DNA of 64,000 nt, taken from the NCBI GenBank assembly GCA_002633005.1, contig NMRA01000265.1, positions 441,892-505,891 on the forward strand, in the 5' to 3' direction. A program made the translations under genes and the position numbers. Positions 39,355-52,139 of the stretch are shown piece after piece; the first letter of the stretch is position 1, and every line of letters starts with the position of its first letter. Under the pieces are notes generated by a model, which saw only the letters and a program-made list of their open reading frames with translations, was not told the DNA's origin and did not search any database. The DNA is from Phoronis australis. Its lineage: Eukaryota > Animalia > Phoronida.

Positions 39355-41567
39355 GGTGGCACTGAACAGTTAGGCTGCGGCCACGGCCAATTTGCCCTAC
39401 CCCAAAATATCAACATTTTGGGGTATTGCAAGTTTGGGGGCATTTTGTAGGTGGGCATTGCATGTAGGCTCAGTGAATATGATTTGTTTGCATTTGTGAA
39501 CATGCTGAGAACAAAAAGGCCTTTTTGTACTCTTGGCTCGATTTTCGCTTGGCATGGTAGCACTTTTTGGAGTCCACATTTCTCAGCATTATGTTCATGG
39601 CACTGTTTTAAGGCACGGTTAGTACTGTTGCCTCTGCCAGCTTCACCGTGAATTTCCCCTTGTCCCAGGGTTCTGGAATGAACGGCTGAATGACACAGTC
39701 CCGTGAAGTTTCGTGTGTATCTTGATGTTTTTGGCGCTTATGCATAAACTGCTGCATTCAAACTTTCACTGATGTTTGTGTTGAACAGATATTGTACATC
39801 TCTTAGCTGTTCCTGGTCGAAGTAGGAATTGATTTTTATTTGAATCGTTTTCATGTCCTTTTCACTCAGTTCTAGATACCGGTCATAAGGCAAATGGCTT
39901 GTTTTGTAGTTGCTGTTGTGTGCAATGCACACAGACGACAGCTCGCGTCATTGCTGGTTCTGTCCCAAAAACAGCGAGTAACATTGTGCACCGTAGCAGA
40001 CTCAACTTTTAAAAAATCATCTCTTTCGATTTTTCTTTTTTTTTTAGGTTGATGAGCTCTTTTCGCACTCTGGCTCGTACAGCAGATGAAAGTTTCCTCT
40101 TGTAACAAGTCTTGTTATGTGACCTGGGCAAACGTTTCAAGTCCGGCTTCATTACTTTCCATTCGACTCAGTCTGTGAATGAAGCATTTGTAGTGTTTAG
40201 GTTAGGTGTCACGGATTTTTCTTTCTTTTTCAGTACTTGGCCTGAACTTGTACGATATCTCAGCAGCATCACTGTCAATTAGGTAAGTGACATCCTGAGC
40301 TTCCAAATGTGTGAGACGCACAGCCCTGCAACCGTCTATTGCTGCCTCGGACTGCCTTGGTATGCTGGAGCTGCAGTGGTCCATGTTGGAGGGTCTGTGT
40401 CCTTTTTAATTTGACTTTTTCTTCTCCCTCTGCTCCTTGTGAAACTGCATGTCTTTTCAGGATACATTGTGAAAGCTCACCACTCAGCATTAATGTTGTG
40501 AATGAAACTTGGCTGCCAAATTTCTTGTTCTCAAGACTTTTGTGGTTAGGCAAATCGACTGTAATAAATATGTCCCTAATGCACAATGGGCCTTGGAGAG
40601 AATATGTTCCACCTGCGGGGTCAGGAAATTAACTTGAATTAAAATTTTATTGTTATTTTCATATGCTAATTTATCAATTTTCCCCAATTCTCTCAATCAA
40701 AAGTCAGTTTAGTGCAAAACAGGGCAAGAAATTACACTTGGCGTCTTTGTCTGTTAAATGGCCCTAGTTCAAAAATCTCAGTTCTTGCGTGGGCCCATGC
40801 AATCGGCTTGAAAAATCAAAACCGGTCACCGCTTCAAGTTTTTACTTTGAAAAATAGGTCAGCAGGCGGAGAGGAACTATTCTGAACAAAATGTGGTTTT
40901 ATTTAAGGTGGCACTGAAAAGTTAGGCGGCAGCCGCGGCCAATTTGCACTCCCAAATATCAAAATTTTGGGGTAGGCCAAGTTTGGGGCATTTTGTAGGT
41001 GGGCAATGCATGTAAGCTCAGCGAATATGATTTTTTTGTATTTATGAACATGCTGAGAATAAAAAAGGTCACTTTCTCGGCTGTAGCTGCACTCTTCTTC
41101 AAGATGGCGGCCCAGTTGCAATTGTACATTGCTGGTAAGCGACTGGCTGAGAAATTGGCTTCGATTTTAGGTAGCCCTCAAACAAGCCAGAATTGACAAA
41201 AAAAAAACTAGTCAGTTGACAGTACTTTTGGACCACATTTTCGGAATCGGAAGGAAATTTGCTTTTAGAATCCAGTGTCGACATAGTCGTGTATCGGCAG
41301 GGAAGTGGTGTTTTGGGGGTGAAAAGTGTCGATTTTGCATTTTTTGCCCCTATTTTTCTTACTTTAGCTTTGTATTCAGTGGCAGTGAAAAGGTCAAAAA
41401 TACAAGAGAGTATAAAGTTTCTGGGCTCATCTGCTGTGTTTTTTTGTGAAATAACTGAAAACATGTCATTATTCGCATCCTGGTTTCGACAGAGTGAAGA
41501 AAAGGTGACAAATCAAGTGATGTGTGTTTTGCTGGGCAAAACGCAGTGAGAACTATTCTGTGCCTCC
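39355..41567 (-). mobile_element. KolobokP-like composite DNA transposon: LTDR - transposase remnant - truncated LTDR
   Basis: Full 661-bp repeat at 40907-41567 and a direct partial copy at 39355-39521; TCA on both outer flanks; DDE transposase remnant between them. Confidence 0.8.
39522..40600 (-). pseudogene. Kolobok-type DDD/E transposase, degenerate
   Basis: Pieces in several frames: VTYLIDSDA (catalytic D), HYKCFIHR (CxxH), FNTNISESLNAAVYA*APKTSRYTRNFTGLCHSAVHS (catalytic E region), and C-terminal YHAKRKSSQEYKK cut at the LTDR junction. Confidence 0.75.
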
Positions 41568-42294
41568 TCATCGCAGTGAGCCTCGCTTTGGTTTTTAATG
41601 TCCGCCCCGTGATTTGGAAGTGCAATAGCGATTCGGGATGAGCGTTGGGGTTCGTTTCCGGTTGATGACTTCATTAAAGAATTGCCTACGCAACTATTTC
41701 TGAAAATTATTTGAAATTTAAAGATGAAAGGTATCTGGGAAAATAACAATATCTTCTAATTACTCAGATTTATTGTATTATTTCTAGGCAGTGATTCAGT
41801 TGGGCGTTTAAACTAGATTATTTTAATCAGGCAAAGTGAAGGGATACGTGAATTGAGTGAAGATGTGTTATGGATATATTTCCGAAAGACATTTGAGCAA
41901 CTATGATTATCAAAAAATACAACTCAAAAATGTTAATGTTTGGTGGTAATTCACTATTCTGAAATTTTGGCGATCACAACATGTCCTTTGTAAACATACC
42001 ACTTGCGGGTTGTATGAAGATCACGCGTGTAAACGCGAGAGCAGATAAGACGGTCCGGAGACAGGGAAGAGCAAGTAGGGAGAATTGATAGTTCACTACG
42101 TGTCCCATTATATGAGGGTGTCAATAGCTGCAACTTATAAATTTCACGCTTTACGTACTCGCAACGTAAAGTTTCGTTAGTAATGAACATTTATGAGATT
42201 AATTGTGTCATTTGAGTGGCATTAACTCACTATGTTCTGCAAAATGTCGGTGGAAACATTATTGCAACAGCGACCGGGACGACACGGGGTGTAA

Positions 42295-42373
42295 CATAGG
42301 CGGCGTAGCAATGAAAAAAGTGGGGGGGGGGTACTAAAGCCCCCCCCCAGAGCCCTATGGTGCACCGCCCATG
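42295..42373. mobile_element. 79-bp CA...TG mini-element
   Basis: TIR CATAGGCGGCGTAGCA / CATGGGCGGTGCACCA; flanks TGTAA and TCTAA (4/5 match). Confidence 0.55.
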
Positions 42374-45296
42374 TCTAACCTCAACACACAGTGTAGCCAG
42401 TCTGCTAGCTCTGTGAAGGCCATCGTCAAAAGACAGCTTGATACCACCGTGTGTTTAGCCAGCAGGTTAGCTGTATGAAGACTATCGTCAAAATAAAGCT
42501 AGGAAGTACTATGTGTTAAAGCCTAATTTCAACGGAATTTTGTTATTTTAGACGTATTGAGCTAACCAGATAGTCCTAACAAAGCCATAGTAAACTAAAA
42601 AAACGCGAGTTCAATCACGCAAATGTAAGCCCGTAAAATGAATGATAAGTGAAGCTGCCTTTTCGCGCCATGTTGCGTCACCGCGAGATCCCAGCACAAA
42701 CAACAAAAGGTTGTATTGAATAGGGGTCTGAATAGAACACCATTGCGTGTGGATGTTATTCGCAGCTGCTTGAATTAAAAGGTGATTCTCCTGGTGACCG
42801 TGTAGACAAATGCAGGCCAATAGAATTCGTTACTTTTGACAATTTATAGCAATCCTGGGCTCAGAGGGATGCTCTTAACATACTGTAGGAACCAAATTTT
42901 CAGGTGATACCGCTGAAGATAGGCTTTAAGCTCCGTTAGACTCCGAGTTTCACACAGCCCGAGTAGTTCTGCTCGTCACCTCGTCGTGAAACCTCTATTT
43001 ACTTGTAGAACTAACGACCGGCGGGGGTGCATGAAAGTCAACCGATAATAACCTCTGCCATTGCAGTCGTTTAAGTGGAAAACATTCTAATTAACGTCAT
43101 TTTCTTGCATGATTCTTCGCCTTTTGTTACAAAGAAAAGTCTGTCGGGGTTTTGAAAATAGTACACTCGTGACACGTGCGTTCGCAATATCCTAAAAATT
43201 TCCGATCTCACTCGGAAATTTGTTCTAAAATTCAGTTTGGTGGTAGTAAAATACCAAAACTTTGTAAATAAATGAAATCAGTTCCGGTAATATGTTATGA
43301 CCTGTGCGCAACCTCGTGCCGGGAAGAGGACAGTTGATTGACGAATCAGCTAAAAAATGTCCCATAGGCGACACAATATTTCATGGCGCCGAAAGCCAAA
43401 GAAAAATATTGCATCACAATTTTAGCAGTAGAATAACGGTAGAACGCCAATTTTCCAACACAGGCAAATAATTTAGGAAGTGTGCAGTTTTTAATGACAA
43501 TAAATTTGTGTCAGACTTTATTTGGTCAGTTGTTTACCTACATCGGCGCATTGCTGTATTTTTAGTGTAAAGTTTTCCACCAAGGGTACACACAGTGGTA
43601 CCTAGCTGTGTTTTGACAGTCTTCATACAACTAGCTGGCTAGCTATCATTTTCTATGATTCCACGATCTAATGACGACCGACGAAAATGTGGCACAGTCG
43701 CCAACGCAAAACTTTCTATTGACACTTAAAATAATGAAATATCCAGCGCGAGACGAATGAGGCAAACATGGCGGGCTCTTACCCCCACGCGTGACGTCAT
43801 AGCTGTTTACGACAACCGCGAATAAATCCGTAATTTTATATCCGCATCTCTTGACATTTAAAGGATTTTGATGTCATTTAATTTGTTTCAAACACGTAGT
43901 CCAAGAGAGTCTGAATTTCAGATACTCCGCGTCATTTCCTTGTCCTGTCACAGATTAGTTTTCATTTAGTTTACATCACCAATTACTGTACTGTATTACA
44001 CAGACGCTGTCTTTTTTACCTCAACGGACACAATCTTGGATTTTGATGGTTCATATATCCGTCCTTTGAAGGTATATCACAAGACTATTTTATCTTACTT
44101 GTAAGCCAATATACTTTTGAGGGTTCATAATGAATAGTTACTTGAATAAAGGTGAATGATATTCATACCTGACACTCGTCATCCGATTAAGCTAAATAAT
44201 TCTCTAGAGCATTTCCGCCTACAGGCAACAACTCGAAAGTAAGGATTTTTCCAGGGGTAAGACCAAGGGCTAACATAAGGGTGCTTGAATTTCCTCCATG
44301 ACAGCGATGTGAAAGGGACCGGGCGGAAAGGAATTTTGCGAACACTAGTTACCCCTCTTTCGGATCTGCACCTGGTTACGTCACATTCTTTACTTGCACG
44401 TCATCAGTGGCAAACAAACCTATTTGTATCAGTCTCCAGCTAGCCAATCAGCATTCTTCACGATGCGACACACCACGCATGTACACGTATGAATTTAATG
44501 GAGAGAAGGACCGTCAAGAATTATTAAAGAGCTTGTCGTACGTATTATTGCATGAGGAATCTGCCATGATGAAATTGAAAGCATGTGCTCAGTGCGTCAA
44601 CACTTTCCATAAACTTGAACACAAAAGGAAAGCGAAATTGTGCCATTTACTGACATTCATTTCTTTAAGGAACTTTTCTTTTAATGTTATTTGGTGTGTT
44701 TTCCTGAAATGAAACACACAATAAAAATAATAAGCTGCAGGTGGTCTCGTACGCGTTGTACGACACACATGTGACGTAGTTTTAGTTCTTAAACGATCAG
44801 CGTTCTTCTCTTAATCAACGAGTGCTTTAGACAGTGCCACCGTCTCGACTGCTCCCAATAGAGAAAGAAGCTTTTCAACGAATTATGCCTCACACTGATT
44901 AAAACAAATCACTTTACTATAAGTACCTCTTGCCCATAGAGGGACACCTTAGAAGGCCGGCGATGTCTTTAATGCCTTTCAACTCGAACAAAGTTCCGAA
45001 CTTGTTTTCGAGCAGTCCTTCTCTCAGTTGCCCAAATCAACAACTGGCCATTTTTAGCACTGCGCGCGATCCTGGCACGCCGAGTAAAAATAGGGCGTGA
45101 TTAGACTATACGAACTGATTAAAAGTACGCATAGATTAACTTAAAGTACGCGTAGATTAAACAAAAGCGTGTGTTGAATAAGAGTAGAACGGTCATCGTA
45201 TAAGAACTAAAAGCACGCGTAGATTAAGCAGAGGTACGCGTACATTCCTACGCACAGAACTCGGTAAAGAACCCTTTGGCGCTTCATATACACGAG

Positions 45297-45484
45297 CTGA
45301 ATGCTCAGGTGAGCCCATGGCCCTGATCATCAGAATACATTTTAAGGCTTTGTTAATATACCGAGCTGAGGAGCTACACGCCTGAATCAAGGGTCTAGCA
45401 GTGTTCCTCAGTGGTACTCGAAGCCACGGTCTCGATCGAGCAAAGGAAGCGGTCCCTTATCCCACTGGGCCGCACTGCTTCCTC
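45297..45484 (-). mobile_element. tRNA-derived SINE copy
   Basis: On - strand: GCGGCCCAGTGGGATAAG (A box-like), GCTTCGAGTACC (B box-like), then ACACTGCTAGACCCTTGA; matches 59278-59480. Confidence 0.65.
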
Positions 45485-47105
45485 AAATGAAACGCACAGG
45501 CATTTAAGTTGATTTTCCCAACCAGTACAGGCAATCAAATAGTACTGGAAACCTGTCGCTCCAGCAACACAACAATTTTGACCTTATAAAATTTTCATCG
45601 AAAGAGTCAATTTGTAAGTTAATGGTTATGACCGAACGATGTTGCAAGGAGTCCATAATGTGAATTACCACTGTAGCCGGGGTTTATTAGTTGCATTCTG
45701 TTTCTAATTGAATATAAATTGCAACTAATCATGCTTCATGGACATGGCTACTCACAGTGAGCGAGTTTTTTTAAAGTCACAGACCTAGGATTAGACAGCC
45801 GTCCATGAAAACTGATGGCTGTGTCGAAGAAAATCTCTGTGGCTCCCACGAAAATAAATAACTTCGACAAAACGTGGTACCTGGGAACGAAAGTACAGTT
45901 GTTGAGCTAGGACCCAGTGTATTTGTTGGGGCATAGTGTTGAGAAAATAATTCTCTTTGTGAGAAAAGCCACTGTTAGTTTTCACAGCTCTGTTTTTCTT
46001 GTGAGAACAAACTGGACAATGAAGCATTGGGTGGTAGGGAGATTACCCTCATAAATGAGTCATAGTTTTGTTGCTTTTATATAACGTGCGAGACGTGTGG
46101 GTTTCTCACAGTAATTAAAAAAATATAATCTGTCGAGTGTGTTAATAGCCATATCGCAAACTATCACAAAGCTGCTCTGATTCTGAGGTATTTCCCACAA
46201 TGATGCGCATCCGGATGACATTTTTCGCACCATTGTTCACAACTTCAGTGTTTATCACTCCTTTCCTAAAAAAACTAGCTGAAGACTTAGAGTTCGGAAC
46301 CTGGGCATATTTGTTTCTGGCGTCTTAATTTACACAGATTACACAGAAGTCTGAATTCTTGTTTTGCTTTGAGAATGCTCTCTTAAAATTTCCGAAAGGG
46401 GACGTTCTCCCAACATATCTGAAAACACACATCAACAGTTGACCATAGCTTAATGTCTATTCTACAATTGCTGTTCCATACTTGACGTTAATACGGTTTA
46501 AAATATGTGCAAACTTCTGATGTTTTGATGCAACCTATTGATCATTATCTCGCCATTTCGACGAATTGCCAATGGCTACATTCTCTTTTGTATGTAGTTT
46601 CAGTTTACCACTGATTAAAACCATTGGGTCTGTAACAACCTGTACAAATGCCACAGTTCGCGAACATCAAAACGGTAAGGAACATGAACAAATTTCGTTC
46701 GCGTTCCTGAACCTGTCGGAAAAGAAAGATAACGCCGTTGACGTGATCTCCGACCGTCGAATCTGCACTACGCAGCCGTTGCTATCTCTGATGTTTCACG
46801 TCTTCGTGAAGGTAAAACGCACATAATTGTGGGAAGTCTACATGCTTCTGGACATTTGCCTTTGTTAACCTAGGCATGCGCAGAACGGCCTCCCGTGACT
46901 TGACTTCCGCGCTGATCAAGTTTCCGATAATGTCGTGTAAAAAGCACTGACATTGGTCAACTCTACTGTGACAGCTCGTTCAGTGTCCAGAGTTTGACAT
47001 GTAAACTCGACTTTAATGTTGAAGCGACTTAAGCTGCGACATTCATTGCTGCTAGAGCGCGAGTATATAGTTTTTGAAAAAATCGTTTTTTGTTTCAGAT
47101 AGAAG

Positions 47106-47239
47106 ATGGTTTACATCGCAAAGTTTACACTGCAGGTTACCATTGTACTAGTAACCATTTCTGCATGTTTGTCGCACATAAACTACGTATTGCCGCCCAC
47201 TTCTTCACGGGATGACCAAGGTTTTCGAGACGCAGACGA
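47106..47239 (+). CDS. First coding exon of a putative secreted peptide precursor (signal peptide)
   Basis: Acceptor TTTTTTGTTTCAG ending 47098, ATG at 47106, MVYIAKFTLQVTIVLVTISACLS-HINYVLPPTSSRDDQGFRDAD, perfect GTAAGT donor at 47240 (phase 2). Confidence 0.65.
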
Positions 47240-48534
47240 GTAAGTTCGATAGAATCGTCAGTGTTGGTGAACATCACACATATTTCACAAAATAATCTTT
47301 TGACTGTTCATTATCAACACAAGCAGTGGACTTTTGTTTGATTGATAAGGAATGGAAAAACGAATTTTGATGAAATTAGAGTGACGCTCATAAAACTTGG
47401 CAGCTATTTTTATCGATAATTATAAAGATTAATGGTGACTCCCGGACTGTTACGATTTTATACGTAATATTGAGACTGGCATTAAAAACAGGTGAATCTC
47501 CAAATTTGTGATGATGTACAATCGCAATTGTGTGCGAGTTCATCAACATTATTTAGCAGTCGATTACAAGAACAACAGCAAATCCAAGGACACATTTACT
47601 CTTCATAAAAACACGAAGTGCGTTCTACAGACTCAAGACACTTACAAGTAAAGCTAGTATGATCTCGTGCTTCGCTTCTAACATATGGCGATATCTCGCG
47701 GAGTCGTGCGTGATTATGTGCTTTTGCTTGTTTCTTGTATCTGCGCAAAGAAATCTAGCCCTGGAATGCCAACTCTCGCACGTGACCTATGTATTCTATG
47801 ATTAGAGCAAAGGTGTTAACAAAACTAATTTCATGAGTTGCCGGTTGTGTCATGGACCGTGGCGACACCTAGCGGGTGTGTGTGGTCCGACGAAGTACGC
47901 GACGCGTCCACTACCATGGCCGAATTCATATTGTGGATGCAGAAAAAATGCTGCAGTAGTGTCCAAATTATTATCCCATAAGTGAGCTTAAACTGCGTGT
48001 ATGCACACTTTAGAGAAAATAACCAGTGCTGGTCAATGATTTGTAAACAAGAGCAACACAATGCTCCCACTACTGCACTTTCTGCAATATGCTTTTAGTG
48101 GTGTTCATCACTATCATATAATATAGTGTATTGACCAACTACAGCCAGGATGTTGACATTATGAGACCACAAGAAGTAATTTAAATAAGTAATAGTAAAT
48201 AAATAATAAGCAATAAATAATTAAGTATAGATAAAATAAATATCTGATAATATCACACTAATTAATCTTTTAGATCTGAATGTATTAAGACTTAAGTGAA
48301 CTGCAGAAAGAAATGAAAGAAAGTAGTTAGAAGCCTCAATACGCATCGAATACACTAATCAGTAGTTCCAAAATCATGCAAATCATTTACCATAATTTTC
48401 TATAACATTACGTGCGATAAAATGCAGGTAACAGTAAAGACATGAAGTCCAAATCACCCAGTTCACCTTACTGGTTGACAGACAACAGTTTTATACAAAA
48501 ACATCCTTTGTTTCAATGGTGAACGTCATCTACC

Positions 48535-48620
48535 TTAATCTTTGGGGAAGCAAAAGTGTAAAAGTCACGAATTTTCAAACAACTGTTACTGCAGCCGTAG
48601 ACAGTGCAAAAAGCACCGTT
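48535..48620 (-). pseudogene. THAP N-terminal fragment
   Basis: FCTVYGCSNS...(frameshift) FPKD-like; CxxxGCxN start of THAP. Confidence 0.4.
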
Positions 48621-49313
48621 GCAATTTTTTACCGAGCAGCCTTGTCTTGTGTTTATTTGACACAGCATCGTGCTCAGACGTAGCACGAAGTCTATATAAA
48701 TTACATGATGAAATCTACACGGTTCCAATATAAAAGGCACAACGCATGTACATAACACAGTTTTGTCCAGCCATAATAACGACACGAGCCATGAGATAGC
48801 ACGCAGATCCAAGTCAGCGGCCGGGTCACGGGGTGTAATTCATAGAACACATTTGTATCTATGACAACGCGAGGGATGACACACATTGTGGCAAGGAATT
48901 CAGTCCAAAGCACTAAGAGTTAAGCACTACAATATTGGGCTATCATTGAAATCTAGTGGTCTATTTATACCAACCTCTTGTCTATTTACATTGTCACGAC
49001 GTTTCGGTAGATCTATTCTCCTGCCAGGTGTTCCCGCGTTCTTAGAAGAACGAGCACGGATATATGGTACACTCATCATGGTGTGATTTTTTAATTTTAT
49101 ATTGTGCGATGTAAATAGACCAAGTGATGTTAATAATAGTCGTAACAAAACACCACCTCAGAGCGGTTTTAGAAAGTCATTACAATATTGGGGTACCGAG
49201 ATGTTAGGTCCAAGGGCACAATGAACGTTGTTACAATACAGAAAGCATTGATGGCAGATTAAGAATTCACTGCTTGACCTTGGTGTTCCGGTTAGTATTG
49301 GTGGTAGCGTCAC

Positions 49314-49468
49314 CTGGCGTGCGTTCAGTAACGTTTGGACCTACGCTAGGACGTAGCTAAAGTCTAGTCAAAGTCACGTGTTCTCATTAAAATACACAGC
49401 AATATCTCACGTAATCTCGCGAAGTCTTGCTTTTAAGCGAGGTCTTAGCGTTACTGAACTCACGCCTG
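49314..49468. mobile_element. MITE, copy of 6948-7104
   Basis: TIR GGCGTGCGTTCAGTAACG / CGTTACTGAACTCACGCC. Confidence 0.85.
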
Positions 49469-50473
49469 TTCATCTGAACTGTTTATTGACCTATCGCCAG
49501 GATTTTGAATGACAGCTTAAGTGACCAATCAGAACGCAGCATTCTTGACATACCTTCGTTTCCAAGCCGCCATTTTACCCGACAAACAACACGTTGCCGG
49601 GTAAAACGTATTGTTTTTCGACATTTCGCAAAAAGCTTAAGCACAGCACGGCATAGTCCAGCAACTCTTCTCATGTTAACAAACGGTAGGAATGTCAAGA
49701 AAACTATAGAATGCCTCGTCACTCAGCCACAAGCGATCTACTATATTTGTTTATTAGAATCACACACGCCCGCTAGACGTCTCTATGGTCCACGAAATAA
49801 AAACTTCCGCTAGCGGCTGTCCAAGGTGATTTCGTTAGGAGATTTGTCTCCCTGTCCACGGTCTCTGATTAGAGCTTGCAACCCCGGGACATGCCGTGAG
49901 AGTTTGCACTGAGAATTCCCGACTGCCTGCTCAAGTGAGTTTAGATGAAGAGTTGTAATTAACAAATCAAGCCTAATTTCACTTCCTTCATTTTCATTTT
50001 GTTGTTATTGTTCATCATGAAAGACTCCTAAGGTAGGGTTATATACAATCATCGATTTCTCAGAAAATTAGTCAACAAACCGACAATTACACTGGTCATA
50101 TTTTATAAGCACAGACCAGTGTCCCTGGGTGGATGCCGGGAGTAGTTTGGCCTCAGGTATCTTTTCAGCTCCAGTCGTAGAACTACTTTCGACAACCTAT
50201 CGCACTACATGCCACGCCTTCTATGCAATGTACTTGTTTGGGCTTAACCACGGGATCGGGGTTCTCTTGATTTTGTTTACTTCGATCACTGCCGTTTTAA
50301 TAAAATGCAACTGTTCAAGTCAAAGGTGGACGCCATGCCACGTAGCAATAAACTGAAAGGGGTTTCCCAGATTTCAACCAATGGGAATGACAGTGTTATG
50401 ACGTCGGCTTCATTACTTTAACCAATGAACAACATCTCACAGTGATACATTTCGTAGCACTGTGAAAGTGTTC

Positions 50474-50711
50474 GCCCAATAGTGCCATATTTAAATGAAG
50501 AAATATATTTCATTATCTGGCAGCGGCCAGATAATTGTCTGGCAGACGCCATTTAATTGAAGGATTTCTTTATGTGTTGCTTCCGTACGGAAGTCGTTCA
50601 ATCTCTTTGTTTCAACGATTATAAAGTGGCGGCTACCAGAAAATTATAAGGCGGCTGCCAGATAACAAAATGCTTTTCTTCACTTCAAAATGGCACTACT
50701 GGGCTTCCGTA
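50474..50711. mobile_element. Foldback MITE with long TIRs
   Basis: GCCCAATAGTGCCAT...TTATCTGGCAGCGGCC matches the reverse complement of GGCGGCTGCCAGATAA...ATGGCACTACTGGGC. Confidence 0.75.
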
Positions 50712-51451
50712 TTAAAGACAAAAGAAGAGTGACTTTAGAGAGCGCAGCAGTTTCTACAGCGTATGAAGCATTTTCAGATGACCTGCAGGAATTGAAACTG
50801 TGATCAATTATTGTCCGCATGGAAGAAAGAGACCTGGACGCTTTGCATGAATACACCACGAGTCAACTGTACAAATACGCTGTGAAGTCTTGTTTAAAAA
50901 TGGTCTTCTCTCGAGTTCGTACAGTAATTTTTTTAAGTGGTGTTGGTAAAAGACCCATAGAAAGGACTACATATTGCTGCACACCAACTGCGCGTGGCGT
51001 GCGCGTAGTTTATTGTGGAAAATTACTGTCCTGCAGACAACAAACAATTAAGCAAAATAGAAAAATGGGAAATTAGATGGGACTATAATTTATCTTAAAT
51101 TCAACCAGTGGATGCTCGTTATGAAAGGGTCTCGTCCAGACCAGGCTCAATAAGTTTCAAGTGACGGTGTGAACGTTTCAGCCGGGACTCTAAAGTTCGA
51201 GATACTGACAAGTAGGAATTGCCTCGGCGAATTATTGTTGTCAGTTTCATTTTTGGCATGTGTCGTTTTGGATGCGTATGTGTGCCTGGGAAGTGCAGAG
51301 TTATTTTGGACACGAGAAAATGTTTCACAGCTTTTTCGGATGATATTATTGAACCCTGAACACAGGCTGCAGATCAGTGTCATCTGCAATGGCAAATTCT
51401 CACACTGGGGAAAACTAGGATTTTACAGCCATTTTGGTGTGTTCGGCAACT

Positions 51452-51454
<3 letters not shown>

Positions 51455-51543
<89 letters not shown>
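51455..51543. repeat. (AC)n microsatellite
   Basis: Directly visible. Confidence 0.99.
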
Positions 51544-51544
<1 letters not shown>

Positions 51545-52089
51545 TTTTTTTCTACAAGCAAACTGCAAAACTGTTTTGTGATTTTCAGTAATCCGTCCCT
51601 ATTGAAAAATATGTATCCAAACTATGTAAACCAGAGTTTTACATATGTACCTACTTTGCAAAAACTTTCAACGGCAAATCTCGATTTATTATAAAGCACA
51701 ACCTAATTAACTGTATTTGTAATGGTGTTCTCCTCAGGAATGACCTAATAGACTCAATCAGAGAACAATATTTCAAAAAGTGTGTAGATATATTTGAGAT
51801 CTTTTTAAATTCAGTAAATGAGTAAAACCTGTTATTTTCATCAAGAAGGCCATTAATAAAACAACACTACCACTAGCATATTTGCTAAAAAGATAGATTT
51901 TCAGTCTATTAATATTTCATCTTTTTGCCATAGACTTGTTGAGAGTAAATCATTCGCATCTTTATGGGGCTGTTTACTTATGCAGAAAGACCAGTTAGTC
52001 AGAACTTCATTCCAAAAAGGATTGATTACTTCAGTATGATATTTAATAAAATCATTTGCAAAGTCAAATATTATAAATTTTGGAAATAA

Positions 52090-52139
52090 TAACATCAACT
52101 TGACAGAGAACGTATGTGTGTTCAAATTTCCTAAATACG
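52090..52139 (+). mobile_element. ~50-bp fragment of the THAP gene at 21577-21810
   Basis: AACATCAACTTGACAGAGAACGTATGTGTGTTCAAATTTCCTAAATACG matches the reverse complement of ~21732-21780 (NLTENVxVFKFxKY). Confidence 0.65.

Noticed and set aside
44407-44712. 101-aa ORF with CxxC
   Set aside because: Non-ATG start, a single CxxC and no recognisable family.
51169-51694. HT/CV repeat ORFs
   Set aside because: (AC)n microsatellite translation.
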